A stretch of DNA of 64,000 bases from Lytechinus pictus (Eukaryota): positions 9,736,001 to 9,800,000 of the forward strand of contig NC_087252.1 of assembly GCF_037042905.1 (NCBI RefSeq), given 5' to 3'. The notes beneath the pieces were generated by a model, which had not been told where the DNA came from, ran no database searches, and was given only the letters and a program-made list of their open reading frames with translations. Position 1 is the stretch's first letter; the number at the start of each line of letters is the position of its first letter. Positions 1-12,100 of this stretch are shown piece by piece. The position numbers and the translations under genes are program-made.

Positions 1-487
1 ACTAGGAGTCAAATGGAAGGATAGGTAATGATTTTTTACTTGTTCCAATGGGATAGGTCACAGAAAGACACTGTATTGGAAAGTAGTACAAGCAAAATAA
101 AAGATGAGTTATAATTTATTGGCTATATACAATAGGAGAGATAACTGGAAAGGCAGATACAGTCAAATAGAAAGAGGGGCAATCATCTCTCATTGGTTCA
201 AATAAGAAATATTACAGATAGGTACCGATAAGAGAAATTACATAAACTTCATGCAAAAACTAAGAGAGGAGTTATCACTCTTCAGATGGTTTCGTTATGA
301 AGGATAATTTGGAAGGTCAAATCTGATAAACTAGTACAGTGAAAGTAAAGGAGAAATGAGGAAATATGTACATGTAGTTCCAGTATAGAAGAGCTCATCA
401 CACAAAAACCCTTTCATAGTGACATCTATTGTTAACACACCATACAAAAGTATGTAGCTCGCCTATGCAAAGCTTTTTTTTTACAAG

Positions 488-634
488 GGACTTGTTTCAT
501 AAAGACTTGCTATAACAACAAATGCACAATTTCTATAACTAATTTACAAAGAGCCAATCAAATTGAAGGATTTCAGCAGCTTTTAACTGTTTTGGCAAAT
601 TAGTCATTGTAGCAAGTTTTATGAAACAGTGCCC
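488..634. mobile_element. Degenerate PIF/Harbinger-like MITE
   Basis: Imperfect TIRs gggacttgtttcataaagacttgc / gcaagttttatgaaacagtgccc. Confidence 0.55.
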
Positions 635-684
635 AGAACGTTCTGGTGCCAGCCATTGATATAGTCTATATTGCATGGTGATAC

Positions 685-2985
685 CTGGAATATCTGCTGC
701 CCTCACAGGCTGGATATAGACATCTGTTTTGAAGGCATTGAGAAGGATGGCGCCTGCCATGAAGGAACATGATCGCCAGAAAGCCTGTACAGGATGACAA
801 ACAAATGAAAATATGACTGCAGTTTCTGGCTGACAATTCTAGAATATAATAGATGAGTTATTGACTATGCACATTGCACACCAGGCTCTGTCAACATTTA
901 AACCACAGCTGCCATTGCAAGAGATGAAATATATTGCACACTTTGAAAATGTTCCTCATCTCAAATCAACACTTCAGTATGAATTCATGAACCAATTTCA
1001 AGTCTGATTTGTAATAATTAAGATTTGTATAAAAATGTCATCTGATATCATGTAAAAATATCTGTCATATGCTGGAAATCTGAAGAAAAAATAAGTCATC
1101 GGAGAAATCCTGTTTTTTCTATAAGGACTTATTTTAAACACAAATGATGTAAAATCTCATTGTACATAATGCATAGACCAAAATAACTTCAAGTATCAGA
1201 AAGAAAAGTAAGTCAGTAAATGTCAGAACATTGTAGCAGACCACTCAAAGAGTTGGTCAGTTTGCCCCCCCCCCCCTTAAAATGACCGATATGAATAACA
1301 TATTAGTTTTTCAATAAAAATAAAAAATCTTACCTCATTAGCCTCTTTAGGGTCATCATCCTTCATAGTGACTAGTCTCAATTCACAGTCCTCTGTCAAT
1401 GGCTGGAGCATATGCCACGGCTTTCCATTCACCAACGCTATTGCAGAACGCTTTGTATACGTCTCATTGAAATCTACACCAGAAAAGGAACAGGAAAAAG
1501 GAAATGTATCTATTGGTGTTGGTGATTTTTTCTTACCAGATTGCTAGGAAAGCAGGAATGCGTGTATGCTAGCAACCAGAGGACCGACAGCTCAAGGTCC
1601 TCTCAGAGGGACTAGGATCACTACGACTCTGCACTCAAGGAAGAAAAAGGTGCAAGTGGGAGCTGTAACACTAAATAATTATCAAAATAAAAAATTTAAT
1701 GATAATAAAATTGATCATATACACATTCTCAATTTTGAAAGGATATAATTTCAAAGCTTATACTGTACCTTGGTCACATTTGCTCTATGGCCGCCGTATG
1801 CAAGTCAATAACAGCCATTCTATCCATTTTTATTTAAACCACCTACATAACATTACATAAAATGTTATTAAAAACAATTGTTTTTGACTCGCTGTACGAA
1901 CCCCGTGGAGCAAATGTGACTGAGGTATTTTATAGGAATCACTATTTCACTAAAAATCTCAAAATTCATTTGGGCGACTAATTGCTGGTTTGGGGGTGAC
2001 AGGTCATGTACATATACATTCAATTTATCATAAATGATGAATACACATTATTTACATTTGAATTGAGACAGAAAGCATTCAACTCTCGACTTCCTGAGGT
2101 TGAATAATTAGTACATGCACGCTTTATCCTTTTCATTATCAATATTTTTCTTTGATTTTTTCAGTTTGCAAATATAGAAGATAAGAGTACACAGGCTTTA
2201 GTGTGCACAGGCTTAAAGGGAATTTTCTGGTTAAATTTATAGGTCAAGGACTTGCACACTAATTAATACCACCAATGTAGAGTCCAAATACTCGTCAAAG
2301 TGAAGGCAAACTTCAATTATTGTGCACGATTAACATAGGGTGGCTGCTCATGAGGCCCATCTAGGTCAAATGGCTCTAGTGAGTGACCACCCCCATGCAA
2401 CTTTTTCTCTCGTAGTGTAAATTTAAATTCCTGCAGCAAGTGACTTCATTCTCTTAACTAAAAATCCAATCAGTTATAACTCAAATTGAATAATAGTATT
2501 GGTTTAATTACAAAAAAAGTTGAGAGAAACTGGCCTTCTAATGATGATGAGTGAGACTCATTTATCTTTAGTGCTTTCCCTGAGCATATTTTTGGGTGCA
2601 CTACACCCTACCCAGAGCTGCCAAGTTGTATTTTGCATTTTCAGTATTCTTATCCCCCAAAATCAGTATTTTGACAAAAAAATCAGTATTTTTACCGTGT
2701 GAGATAAATATTTTGTATTTTTCCCCCAAAAAGTGTATTTCATAATAAAATGCTTGGCGCACTCGCCCATCACGGCGCTCAAGCTGCATGCAAGCTAAAA
2801 TGTGCACTGCTCTTGCAGATGAAAAAAACAAAAAATTGAAACTTGTGTATATCTCACCCTGGTTTTTACAAAATGATTGAAAAAAAAAAGTTACCTGAAA
2901 TTACATTGATCTAATAACCATATTTGTGTACGTTTTATGAAATAGAGACATATAAAAGAGATGATTTTTCTCAATAAATTTCGAT

Positions 2986-3016
<31 letters not shown>

Positions 3017-3477
3017 TTTAAATACAAAAAACATATTTTTTAAAGAAAAGACGTACTGCCGTATTTTGGATGCAAAAACGTACTAAATACGGAAAAATCG
3101 TACTACTTGGCAGCTCTGCCTACCTGATTAAGGAAAAAAAAAAATATATTTTTCAAAGTTTTTAGATTGTATTCACCAATATTTGCTCACAGGGGGGGGG
3201 GGGGGGGGTTACCCACAGGATCATATACTCTGGTAATAATAAATGTACAATGATATTTTTAAGAGTGATGAGGACTTACGCATTGCCACATGGTATGGTG
3301 TAGAAAGATTCTTGTTCATGGCTAATTTGCAATTATGAGACTGACCGACATGATGGACGGTAATCTTCTCAATTCTCTTGACCATTTCCAGCTGACGACG
3401 CTTCTCTTGGTCAAACAATTCATTTTGTTTCTGGCTGACTGCTGCAGTGGTCAATATTTGCTCTTTTGTTGACATAT
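685..3477 (-). CDS. MRPL39: 39S mitochondrial ribosomal protein L39, partial; internal exons 3477-3280, 1473-1334, 784-685; continues beyond the left edge; first exon(s) uncertain
   Basis: Three phase-compatible GT-AG exons (198, 140, 100 nt) translate to xMSTKEQ..QNELFDQEKRRQ..MNKNLSTPYHVAMHFNETYTKRSAIALVNGKPWHMLQPLTEDCELRLVTMKDDDPKEANEAFWRSCSFMAGAILLNAFKTDVYIQPVRAADIP. This matches the recalled TGS/ThrRS-like N-terminal region of MRPL39. Confidence 0.92.
1768..1927. mobile_element. MITE
   Basis: TIRs accttggtcacatttgctc / gagcaaatgtgactgaggt. Confidence 0.6.
2613..3118. mobile_element. hAT-like MITE
   Basis: TIR CAGAGCTGCCAAGT / ACTTGGCAGCTCTG; flanking duplication CCTACC is only 6 bp, shorter than the 8 bp typical of hAT. 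Confidence 0.7.
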
Positions 3478-3705
3478 CTGTAAGAAGGAAAATATTAAAG
3501 ACGAAAAAATACATGGATATCGGAAGCAAGCACAAATGCTGATAGTAATATTATTTACCTGCATTACGATTGTAAAGTAGGTATGTTTTGTTAATGTTCT
3601 ATACAATGCAGGGTTGCGGGGTCAATAGGGGTTTGAATCCTCCGTGGAATGTAATTAAGAATTCAATGCATTGGTGCATTGGAGCGTGGAAATAAAGGAT
3701 AACAT

Positions 3706-4024
3706 CAGTGTTCCCACAGAAATTGGAAAACAGAATTCCATGACTTTTCCATGACTAAATTGCTGCTTTCCATGACTTCCCGTGACGTCTCGCGAGTTAT
3801 GTAGAATTCGGGATGTCACAAAACTGGGAAAAATGGAAATCATGAACATCAATTATAATAGCAGAGTATGATCAGAGTATGAGAGTTACGAGACATGACA
3901 AACTGGAAAGCTGCCATAGCCGAGTTGTAAATGCAATTCCAAGACTTTTCACAAATTTTCCAAATTCCCTGACTTTCCATGACCACAAATTTTTCCAGGA
4001 TTTTCCATGACTGTGGGAACCCTG
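3706..4024. mobile_element. hAT-like MITE
   Basis: TIR cagtgttcccacag / ctgtgggaaccctg; internal ttttccatgac repeats; no TSD recognisable. Confidence 0.6.
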
Positions 4025-4424
4025 AATATGTATTTGGGCATCTCATTCTAGCTTGTTCTCTTCGTCACAACAAATTTACTAAACTTGAAATTAGCAAAGC
4101 GAAAGTAGAATTTTCACAGTATATGGTAGTTTGATAAATAGATTCATAGGGGATTTTGCGCAAGTCTCACAGTTTTCCTAGAGTTTTTGCAGACATCTGC
4201 CACCCTCTATGTGCGTCTCGTAGCTAAGCTACTAACGAAGAGAACTCAAGATGGCCACGTAAACATCTGCTAGTTTTTTCCTGTCTTCTCATAACATTTT
4301 TTTGTTTTTTTAATGACTATTTGCTTAAAAATGAAATCAATATTGTATAAATTTGAAACTTGATTATAAATAATTGTCATAAAAATAATTATTTATAATC
4401 AGGTTTCATATTTTATTATTTGTA

Positions 4425-4720
4425 AAATAATAATTTTTATCTATAAATTGTTCTACAAAAGAGCATTTTGTAACGTCACTTATCGAAGCTACGTCATAAC
4501 GAAGCGGTTCAAGCCTATTGTATTTGCGGTGTTTACATATGGATCGAGGCGAGGGATCTACACTGGTAAGAAACCTCTCATCTTTCATACTTATACTAAT
4601 AAATTTATCCCTTCATACGCATTTATTAGGCATATTATCAGTGAAAAAAAATCAATTTCACCCTGTAAAGGTGGATTTTCTTCTACTAGCATGACTAATT
4701 AGGGAAATCCATCTTTGTTT
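4425..4720. repeat. Diverged half-copy related to the 6797-7693 foldback family
   Basis: Shares gttcaag..attgtatttgcg..tttacat..ctggtaagaaacc..ggaaatccatctttg with the right arm of that element. Confidence 0.7.
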
Positions 4721-5549
4721 ATCAGTTCCGCTTATTAAGCCATGTATGTGGAGGGTTCAAGGCTCCGTGATGAAAAAGTATAGACCCCTATGTCAAAATA
4801 TCAAAAAATATCACAGAGTTCTCAAGGATACTTCTGACCCAGGCTCAGTGAAGCATGACAAGAGACAAGATTTTCGGGTGGAAAAAATTACGCTTGTTTT
4901 GACGTTTTTTTTAGTGTTGACTGCGACTGTTGTTTCTTTTTTCTTCAAGCTACACTGACTGCCTTCAATCCTGAAGATTCTTGCAGTATTGTAGTACCGG
5001 GGGCTGGCAGGTGTAATACACCAGGTGAACACCACTCTGGGCGACACCCCTATACTTACCCGTGTTAAGAAACTGGGACTCGATCCACGCGCATTTGGGC
5101 CGCCCTAGCTTAGAACTAAGCATTGATATCATTAATTTTTTTTCTCTACAAGGTATGTATAATCTAATGAATACATTTATAATGTTTAATCGGTACTCAC
5201 CGGTTCTTTTGTTGTATTTTCTGTAAATTTCCCACGCTCTGGTCCCAACTCTTGCGACTAGCCTTGTCGCGGTAGACAGCTGCACATTCTTTTTTATTTA
5301 TAAATAAAGCGCCCCTTACGATAGTTGTTAACAACGCGGCCAAATCGTTAGGTTTTTTGCACTGTGTTCAAGGCGTTTTTTTATCTTTTTTTTTAAAGTA
5401 AATATTTTGTTACATAGCGCCTTTTACGTCAAGTATGATATTAATATCACAGAATATTTTTCAATTGTAGAGATAAATAAGATATTAAAATATTTTATTC
5501 TATATATATTTTATAATAAAATTTATAATTATTGATCTTTCAAAAGGAT

Positions 5550-5678
5550 AACCGACCAATCAGGGGACGACTACGTGTATCACGTGATCTGAAAATCAAC
5601 TACGTAACTCTTCGATCGCACTCAAAAGTGACTGGACCGACTGCCAAGAAAAGCTGGATAAAGGACTCAAATGTAAGT
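5550..5678 (+). promoter_or_regulatory. Possible promoter and non-coding first exon (CCAAT box, palindromic E-box, splice donor)
   Basis: CCAATCAG at ~5556, ATCACGTGAT at 5579-5588, donor aat|gtaagt at ~5672, in a CpG-richer patch. Confidence 0.3.
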
Positions 5679-6366
5679 TTCCCTTTATTTTATTACATTG
5701 AAAGTAGGATTAGGATTACATGCCATGGGCAATATTTTAATCAATCATAAACAGACCAGCATACAACTCGTATTTATTGAGTAATATCATTAAATACTTG
5801 GGTGCAGGAAACACTAACGGTTCTAACCAGTTTTCAAGCCATTGTCGCCTATGAGGTCCATACATGTTAATGTTTGGACCTCATTGGTACTAGGAGTGGG
5901 TGAACACCCTACTCTTTGACGAATAGTGTATTGGTTTTAACGTGCATAGGTTGTGACTCTCCTATACACGGGTAGCCTGGAGGCTTCTGGGGCCCGTTTC
6001 TCAACACATGGACAAGTTAGTCATATCTTTATCCACCAACCACGGAGTTTATAGTTCCAATCTTACTAAACCTGTTTCTCGAAAGGCTTCCTAACTAGAA
6101 TACCTTGATATCAATACTATCGGTAAAAAGAGCAGACGAGACGTACATGTAGCCTTAGTCACAAAATAGCATAATTTTCAAAAAGAAAAATTATGACAAA
6201 ATTGCAAATATTACTTGATACTTGATTTGTTTAACTTACTTATGACACAATTTTGTAAATGGAAAAGAAGTTCATTTCCCCCATTAAGCACTTATAACCT
6301 TATTTTTACACGAAAAATAATACAAAAATTAAGAAAAATCTTGTAAGGAGATGAGCAGATACTCAC

Positions 6367-6384
6367 AGATGATCTTGCCGCCAT
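6367..6384 (-). CDS. MRPL39: Candidate first coding exon of MRPL39 (MAARSS)
   Basis: aatATGGCGGCAAGATCATCT|gtgagt has a typical start context and a strong donor. It could splice via an R-rich exon at ~5279-5201 (LSTATRLVARVGTRAWEIYRKYNKRT, donor gtgagt, phase 1) to exon 3477. The acceptor of that middle exon is weak. Confidence 0.4.
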
Positions 6385-6796
6385 ATTTCCGTCTTTGTTC
6401 GTAGCCTAGTTACAAGACGCATATAAGAGAGGGCGACGATATCATGAGCAGTGCCAATTTAAATTTTAAAAATACTTAAATCGGCCGATAAATATCATAA
6501 ATTGTAAAACTTCATGTTGGCTCTAAATCACCAATTTTGAGACTGATAGAAGCATGGAAAAGAAGTGAGACTTTTGTAAAGTAAGAATATCAGTTTTAAT
6601 TGTTTTTAAAATCATGATGTTGCATGAATTTTATATTCCCCCCCATAAAATCCAACCTTTGTCACTCGGAATATCAGATCGAGTTCACGGTCTCGAAGTT
6701 CGTGTAGGTGGAGCGTAGTGTAGCGGTAGTGAAGTGGAGCCTGTAATGTATCTGTACGAACTTCGCTCGAGGTAATCCGAAACATGCGCTCTAACC

Positions 6797-7693
6797 TAGT
6801 CTTGAGGACTCCCATGATGATGTTTTATCAATCTGACATATACTTCTTATCATGGGAGTCTTGAACAGGGTTTCATATACACGTAAGCGAAGGAAGTACA
6901 CAAAGATGGATTTCCCCAGGAAATCCATCTTTGTGCACTAGAATCGCACGAAATAGGTTTATTTTATTAATTTCTACACCTTCCCACGCGTAATGCGTAG
7001 GAAGGTTTTACAAATGGTCACTTAAAAAGTATAAAAAATAGGGTTTCTTACCAGACTGATGTCGCGAAGACCCCCTCGTTCCACATGTAAACAACGCAAA
7101 TACAATGGCTACGACCCTTGAACTGCTTATGTATTACGTAGGTATTACGTACTTTCGATGCACGATGCCGTTTTGAAAAACAATTCATAGAAAAAAAATA
7201 TATTTTATGAATATTAAAACTTATTACGTGATTATAAATAATTATTATCTTACTACTAATTATTTATAATCACGTAATAAGTTTTAATATTCATAAAATA
7301 TTTTTTTTATCTATGAATTGTTTTTCAAAACGGCATCGCGCATCGGAAGTACGTAATACATAAGCAGTTCAAGGGTCGTAGCCATTGTATTTGCGTTGTT
7401 TACATGTGGAACGAGGGGGTCTTCGCGACATCAGTCTGGTAAGAAACCCTATTTTTTATACTTTTTAAGTGACCATTTGTAAAACCTTCCTACGCATTAC
7501 GCGTGGGAAGGTGTAGAAATTAATAAAATAAACCTATTTCGTGCGATTCTAGTGCACAAAGATGGATTTCCTGGGGAAATCCATCTTTGTGTACTTCCTT
7601 CGCTTACGTGTATATGAAACCCTGTTCAAGACTCCCATGATAAGAAGTATATGTCAGATTGATAAAACATCATCATGGGAGTCCTCAAGACTA
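6797..7693. mobile_element. Foldback/palindromic non-autonomous DNA transposon with 9-bp TSD
   Basis: Near-perfect inverted arms 6797-7244 and 7257-7693 with a 12-nt loop; termini TAGTCTTGAGG...CCTCAAGACTA; flanking direct repeat GCTCTAACC at 6788-6796 and 7694-7702. Confidence 0.9.
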
Positions 7694-9137
7694 GCTCTAA
7701 CCGACTTGAGCTACGCGCGCCTACGCTGCCTCCTTTTGTTAGGGTGTCTGAAGCCACACTGAAAAGTGTCAGCATAAAACAGGCTGATTTTGGGGAAAAT
7801 ATGGCCCATTTTTTCTGGAAATTCAGGCTGAGCACTAGTATAAAAATGTGATCTGAATTAATTATTAACTTTTGTTTGGCATGTATGGAAAGAGAAAATT
7901 CAGGGGCTTCTTTTGACAGTAAGAACAAGTTTATAGGATTATTTGAAATGAAGATTTAGAGATAAATTGTAAACCCTTATTTGTGTGTGTGTTGAGATTG
8001 GCATTTCCCCATGCGTTTTCTATAGACTATGGGAAAATGAAATTTCTGTTTTGCACAATTTTTTTCACTTTGTCGCAATTTTTCATTGTGATCTGGTTTC
8101 CAAATCTTTATAAAAATCATACCATCAGAAAGAGCATAAAAATTCCTATTTGACACTTAATAATGGACAAGTTTTTGGCATTAATAATAAATTTATAACA
8201 ACAGCTCTCGGAATCTAAAAATTTGGATTTGTGTGTGTCCATTTCTTAACTACACAGACTATGGCAGGGAAATGCAGAAAATTTACCTAATTTCATTCTT
8301 CTTTTTTGCAGCCAATAATTGGATTAAAAAAAAATGTTATATTTCTGTCAGTCTGAAGGTTATTTCTCTTCAAATTCACAAAGAAAATGTGATATTTTCT
8401 TGAAATAAGAAAAATAATCTTTTTCTCCAGACACCCTACTTTTTTGTAGTTTTTTTGGCTTTGCAAAGCAAGTCTCCAATAATATGGGACATTGTCTCCC
8501 ATATTGGATAGAGTCTACAATGTTGGCCGTGCGCCTCTGCTGTCTAAGAACAAACTAACCTCAAAATAATAAAATTTAACTGTGAAAGAGAGATCCCAAA
8601 GTTAACTTTATTTTTTCCAACAAAAATTATAACGGGTGGGACCAAACGGAATTACACACTAGTAAAAATATCTGTCATATTTTGTATCTTTAACTTTAAG
8701 GAAGCTTATATGCTTTCATATTACACTCATAGTTTGATTTCATACGTACGTCTGCTAATTATAGAAATTAACCGTCTATATTCCTTCAAATGTCGCATTT
8801 TCCTTCAGATATTTTGTTTTTCTCCTCACAAATTTTCCTCGAAGGTGCACGAGCTCAACTTTGACCTCTAAACCAGTCTCCATTCTTTTACCACACTACT
8901 GGAGCATCGGCACAGACGCACCAGCGGTGTCGGCCATACGTGTACTTCTGAAGCTTGGTACCATTCTTTTGCATGGACCACAGCCCGACCATAGCAACGC
9001 CGTGTAAATAAAGTCTACGTACAAATTTCGTAGATGATAAACACAGGGAGGCACTGTTTTGTTGACTTCGAATATTACACCCATGCAGAATACTTTTATT
9101 TTTTGCCAGAAATTAGACGAATTATTATAAAATAGAT

Positions 9138-12100
9138 ATGGTGAGTTATATCATTGCCGTTTTGTTACAAATACAATGTTGTTTTGGTCTTTCCTTTTGT
9201 TGTTGTTTGGAGAATTTCCGAGCCGAATGTGTGTGATTTTTTTTTGCTGAGCGCGAACTTGGAGTGGCCTGGGTGATGCATGACACCGCTTCGCGGGCAG
9301 GGCCGGGCTAGTTCTGGCCAAGCGCTGCGCCGCTAGCAGCTCAGCCTCAGGGGGGAACGTTTGGCGCAAATGCAGTTTCGCACTGGCCGACTACGAGAAA
9401 TTTCCTTGCCTTAAATTGTTCACAAATGTAGGCCTAATAAGGTAGAGTAAAGTGCCCAAATAATAATTGGACCAAAACAAAAATACAATCATGACATGAC
9501 ATTGTCATTGAATCAAATAAAAATCATGATTCATGATCATAATTCATGTTTAGTTTAGAATATTTCCGCAGTAGTAGGCCTACTTGGCTACTAGTATTAA
9601 TAGTACTAGTATGAATGGGGTGTCCAAAGACAAAGTTCGCGGACTTTTCAAAAATATTCATCAGGCTTAAATTTTTTCACAAAATAATCACAATTTATTG
9701 TAAAAACCAATTCAAGAAATCGCTACCACATTGACGGCAAGATCGTATTCGTAAACTAGCATTGTCATTTACAAAAACGTAAAGTAGGTCAAGGGGTTTC
9801 GCCTAGCCTTGAGGAATTTGTGATGATATTTTTAAATATTTTGACATATACTTCATCACAAAGCCTTGAAACCCCTGCCATCAGTAGAGGCGCCGGTCAG
9901 CAAATTGGGATCGTCCCAGTTTACAGGGACTTTCTCAGTTTTCAAAAAATCAAAGATTTATCCACACAAGAAATCTAGGAAAGTTCATTCACCTGTCAAG
10001 TGCCGACATCAATCGAGTGCGCTAGTCAATGTAAAGCATATCAGGTTTCATAACAAGATAACTGGAAGACGTGAACTAGGGGGAATTGAGGGCACTGAAT
10101 CTATTTTTAGCACTCTCAATCGCCGTCCATGTCCCGCAGGGGTAAGTGAAGAAAAACTGTCCCCACAAACAAGGACAATCTCAATTTATCAAAACATGAT
10201 TTGTCTTGGTTTATGAGGATATCCTTGTTTTCAGGGACAATACCAATTTTTGGACCAGCGCCTCTACTGGCCATACATGTAGGCATATAAGAAAGACTTG
10301 TCAACAAAGATGGATTTCCCTAGGAAATCCATCTTTGAAGATAGAAATAATGTAAATTTGTTTGATTTTATTTATCTGTTAATAAAGAGGTGAAAAATGA
10401 GAGGTTTCTTACCAGACCGATCTCGTGTAGATCCCTCAATCCATTCGTATACACCGCATATACAATAGGCTTGACCCTTGAACCGCTTTGTTATGACGTA
10501 CATGTGTACGTAGCTTCGATAAGCGATGTTACAAAATGCTGTTTTGTAACATCAATTTATAGATGAAAATTATTATAGTAATACATACTACATCTACATG
10601 TTAGCTGATTAGCCTACATTCTTCATTAAGAAATTCACATTATTGCACTCTGTTTCCCATATTAAAAGGGGGAATTAAGCAGTAATTGAGGAGGGTAGGG
10701 TAGCCTACCCTTTTCTCTATAGATGCTGTTATAGTTAAGTGTTGTGCAGTGCACTGGCAATACAGGTCTTATGGGAGCTGGGGCCCGTTGCAGAAAGAGT
10801 TGCAATCAATTGCAACTCTAAAAATCATGCGCAACTTGATTTTCAGCCAATCAACAGCGCGCATTTTTGACTTGCGATTGATTTTTTGACTTGCTTTTAA
10901 ACGCAACTCTTTCTGCAACAGGCCCCTGGAGAACTAAAAAAAAGCCAGAAAATGTTTACAAACTCCTGGGGAAACTCCCAACTTTATTTTTGCTCTGATT
11001 TTTTTACTTTGTGACAGCCTCACAGCGTAATAAGCGACTCGTCAACGAGCTCTGCCTCGCGGCGAGCTAAGACCAGACAGTACTACACCGTGAGTAAGAC
11101 CTCTCAAATCGATGAATCCTTGTTTGGACCGGCCAACAAAAATGGTAGCAACAAGAACACACAAGCTATGGAGACCAGAGAAGAGGTACACAACAGGAGA
11201 GGGTCAGGAGGAAAGACCAAGAAAAAGCAGAAAGAAGAAGTACAAGTCATCACGAAAGACCTCATCCGTAAACTCATGTAAGTCTAAGTTAAAGCCAGTG
11301 ACTGTAGTGCAAAAGTAGCCTACAGTGTATTGCCTATTTTCTCTTTTGTTTCAGTTTATGAATGTGAATGCATGACTAATGATGTAATTCCCCCTCTCTT
11401 TTTCATAATTTTGAAAATATGACATAAGAATTAAAAAAGATAATAATAAAAAAAAAAAATAGATCCAATGAAAATAATGTAAAAGTGAGGGAATATAATT
11501 ATAGCAATGATGATAATGATATAATAACTAATTATAAAATAATTAAAGCTGTCATCTGCTAATGCAAGCAGTCCATTGTTGTACTTGCACGTCTGATGGA
11601 GGACAATGTTTTTGGTTTGAACTGATATGATAACATTCTTGTCTTCTTTGCCTTTAATTATCTACTGTTTTCAATCCTTTTTGTTCTTCTCTCATCACAG
11701 AGTACCTGGAGAAGACCCATCAGGGCAGTCTGTAGTCTTACCATTTGATGAATACCGTCGGATAATGAATGCTGCTAAAACCATGTCACATGAAGAAAAG
11801 GTCGCTGAACTCAAGAGAAGACAAGAAGAGAAACAGAAACAGCAGGTAAATATGATTCCGTTCAATTTTATTTTGAAAGCATTTATTTTCAATGCAGTTT
11901 GACTCGGGCCAACTTGGTTCATTTTTGGGCAATTCCATAAAATATGTACGTCCGACCCCATATATGTGGGCCTTCATGAAATTTTCTGTCTCTGATTTCT
12001 GGTTCTTTTGACAGTCTGTAATGCTCTCAAATGAAGTGAAGTAAAACTTGAGAAAAATGGGGGTCGGATGTACATGTACATGTACAAAAAGGTTGATTAT

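Noticed and set aside
3559..3598. 40-nt candidate MRPL39 micro-exon (NINKTYLLYNRNA)
   Set aside because: Phase-compatible, but the acceptor is weak, the intron is only 81 nt and there is no homology support.
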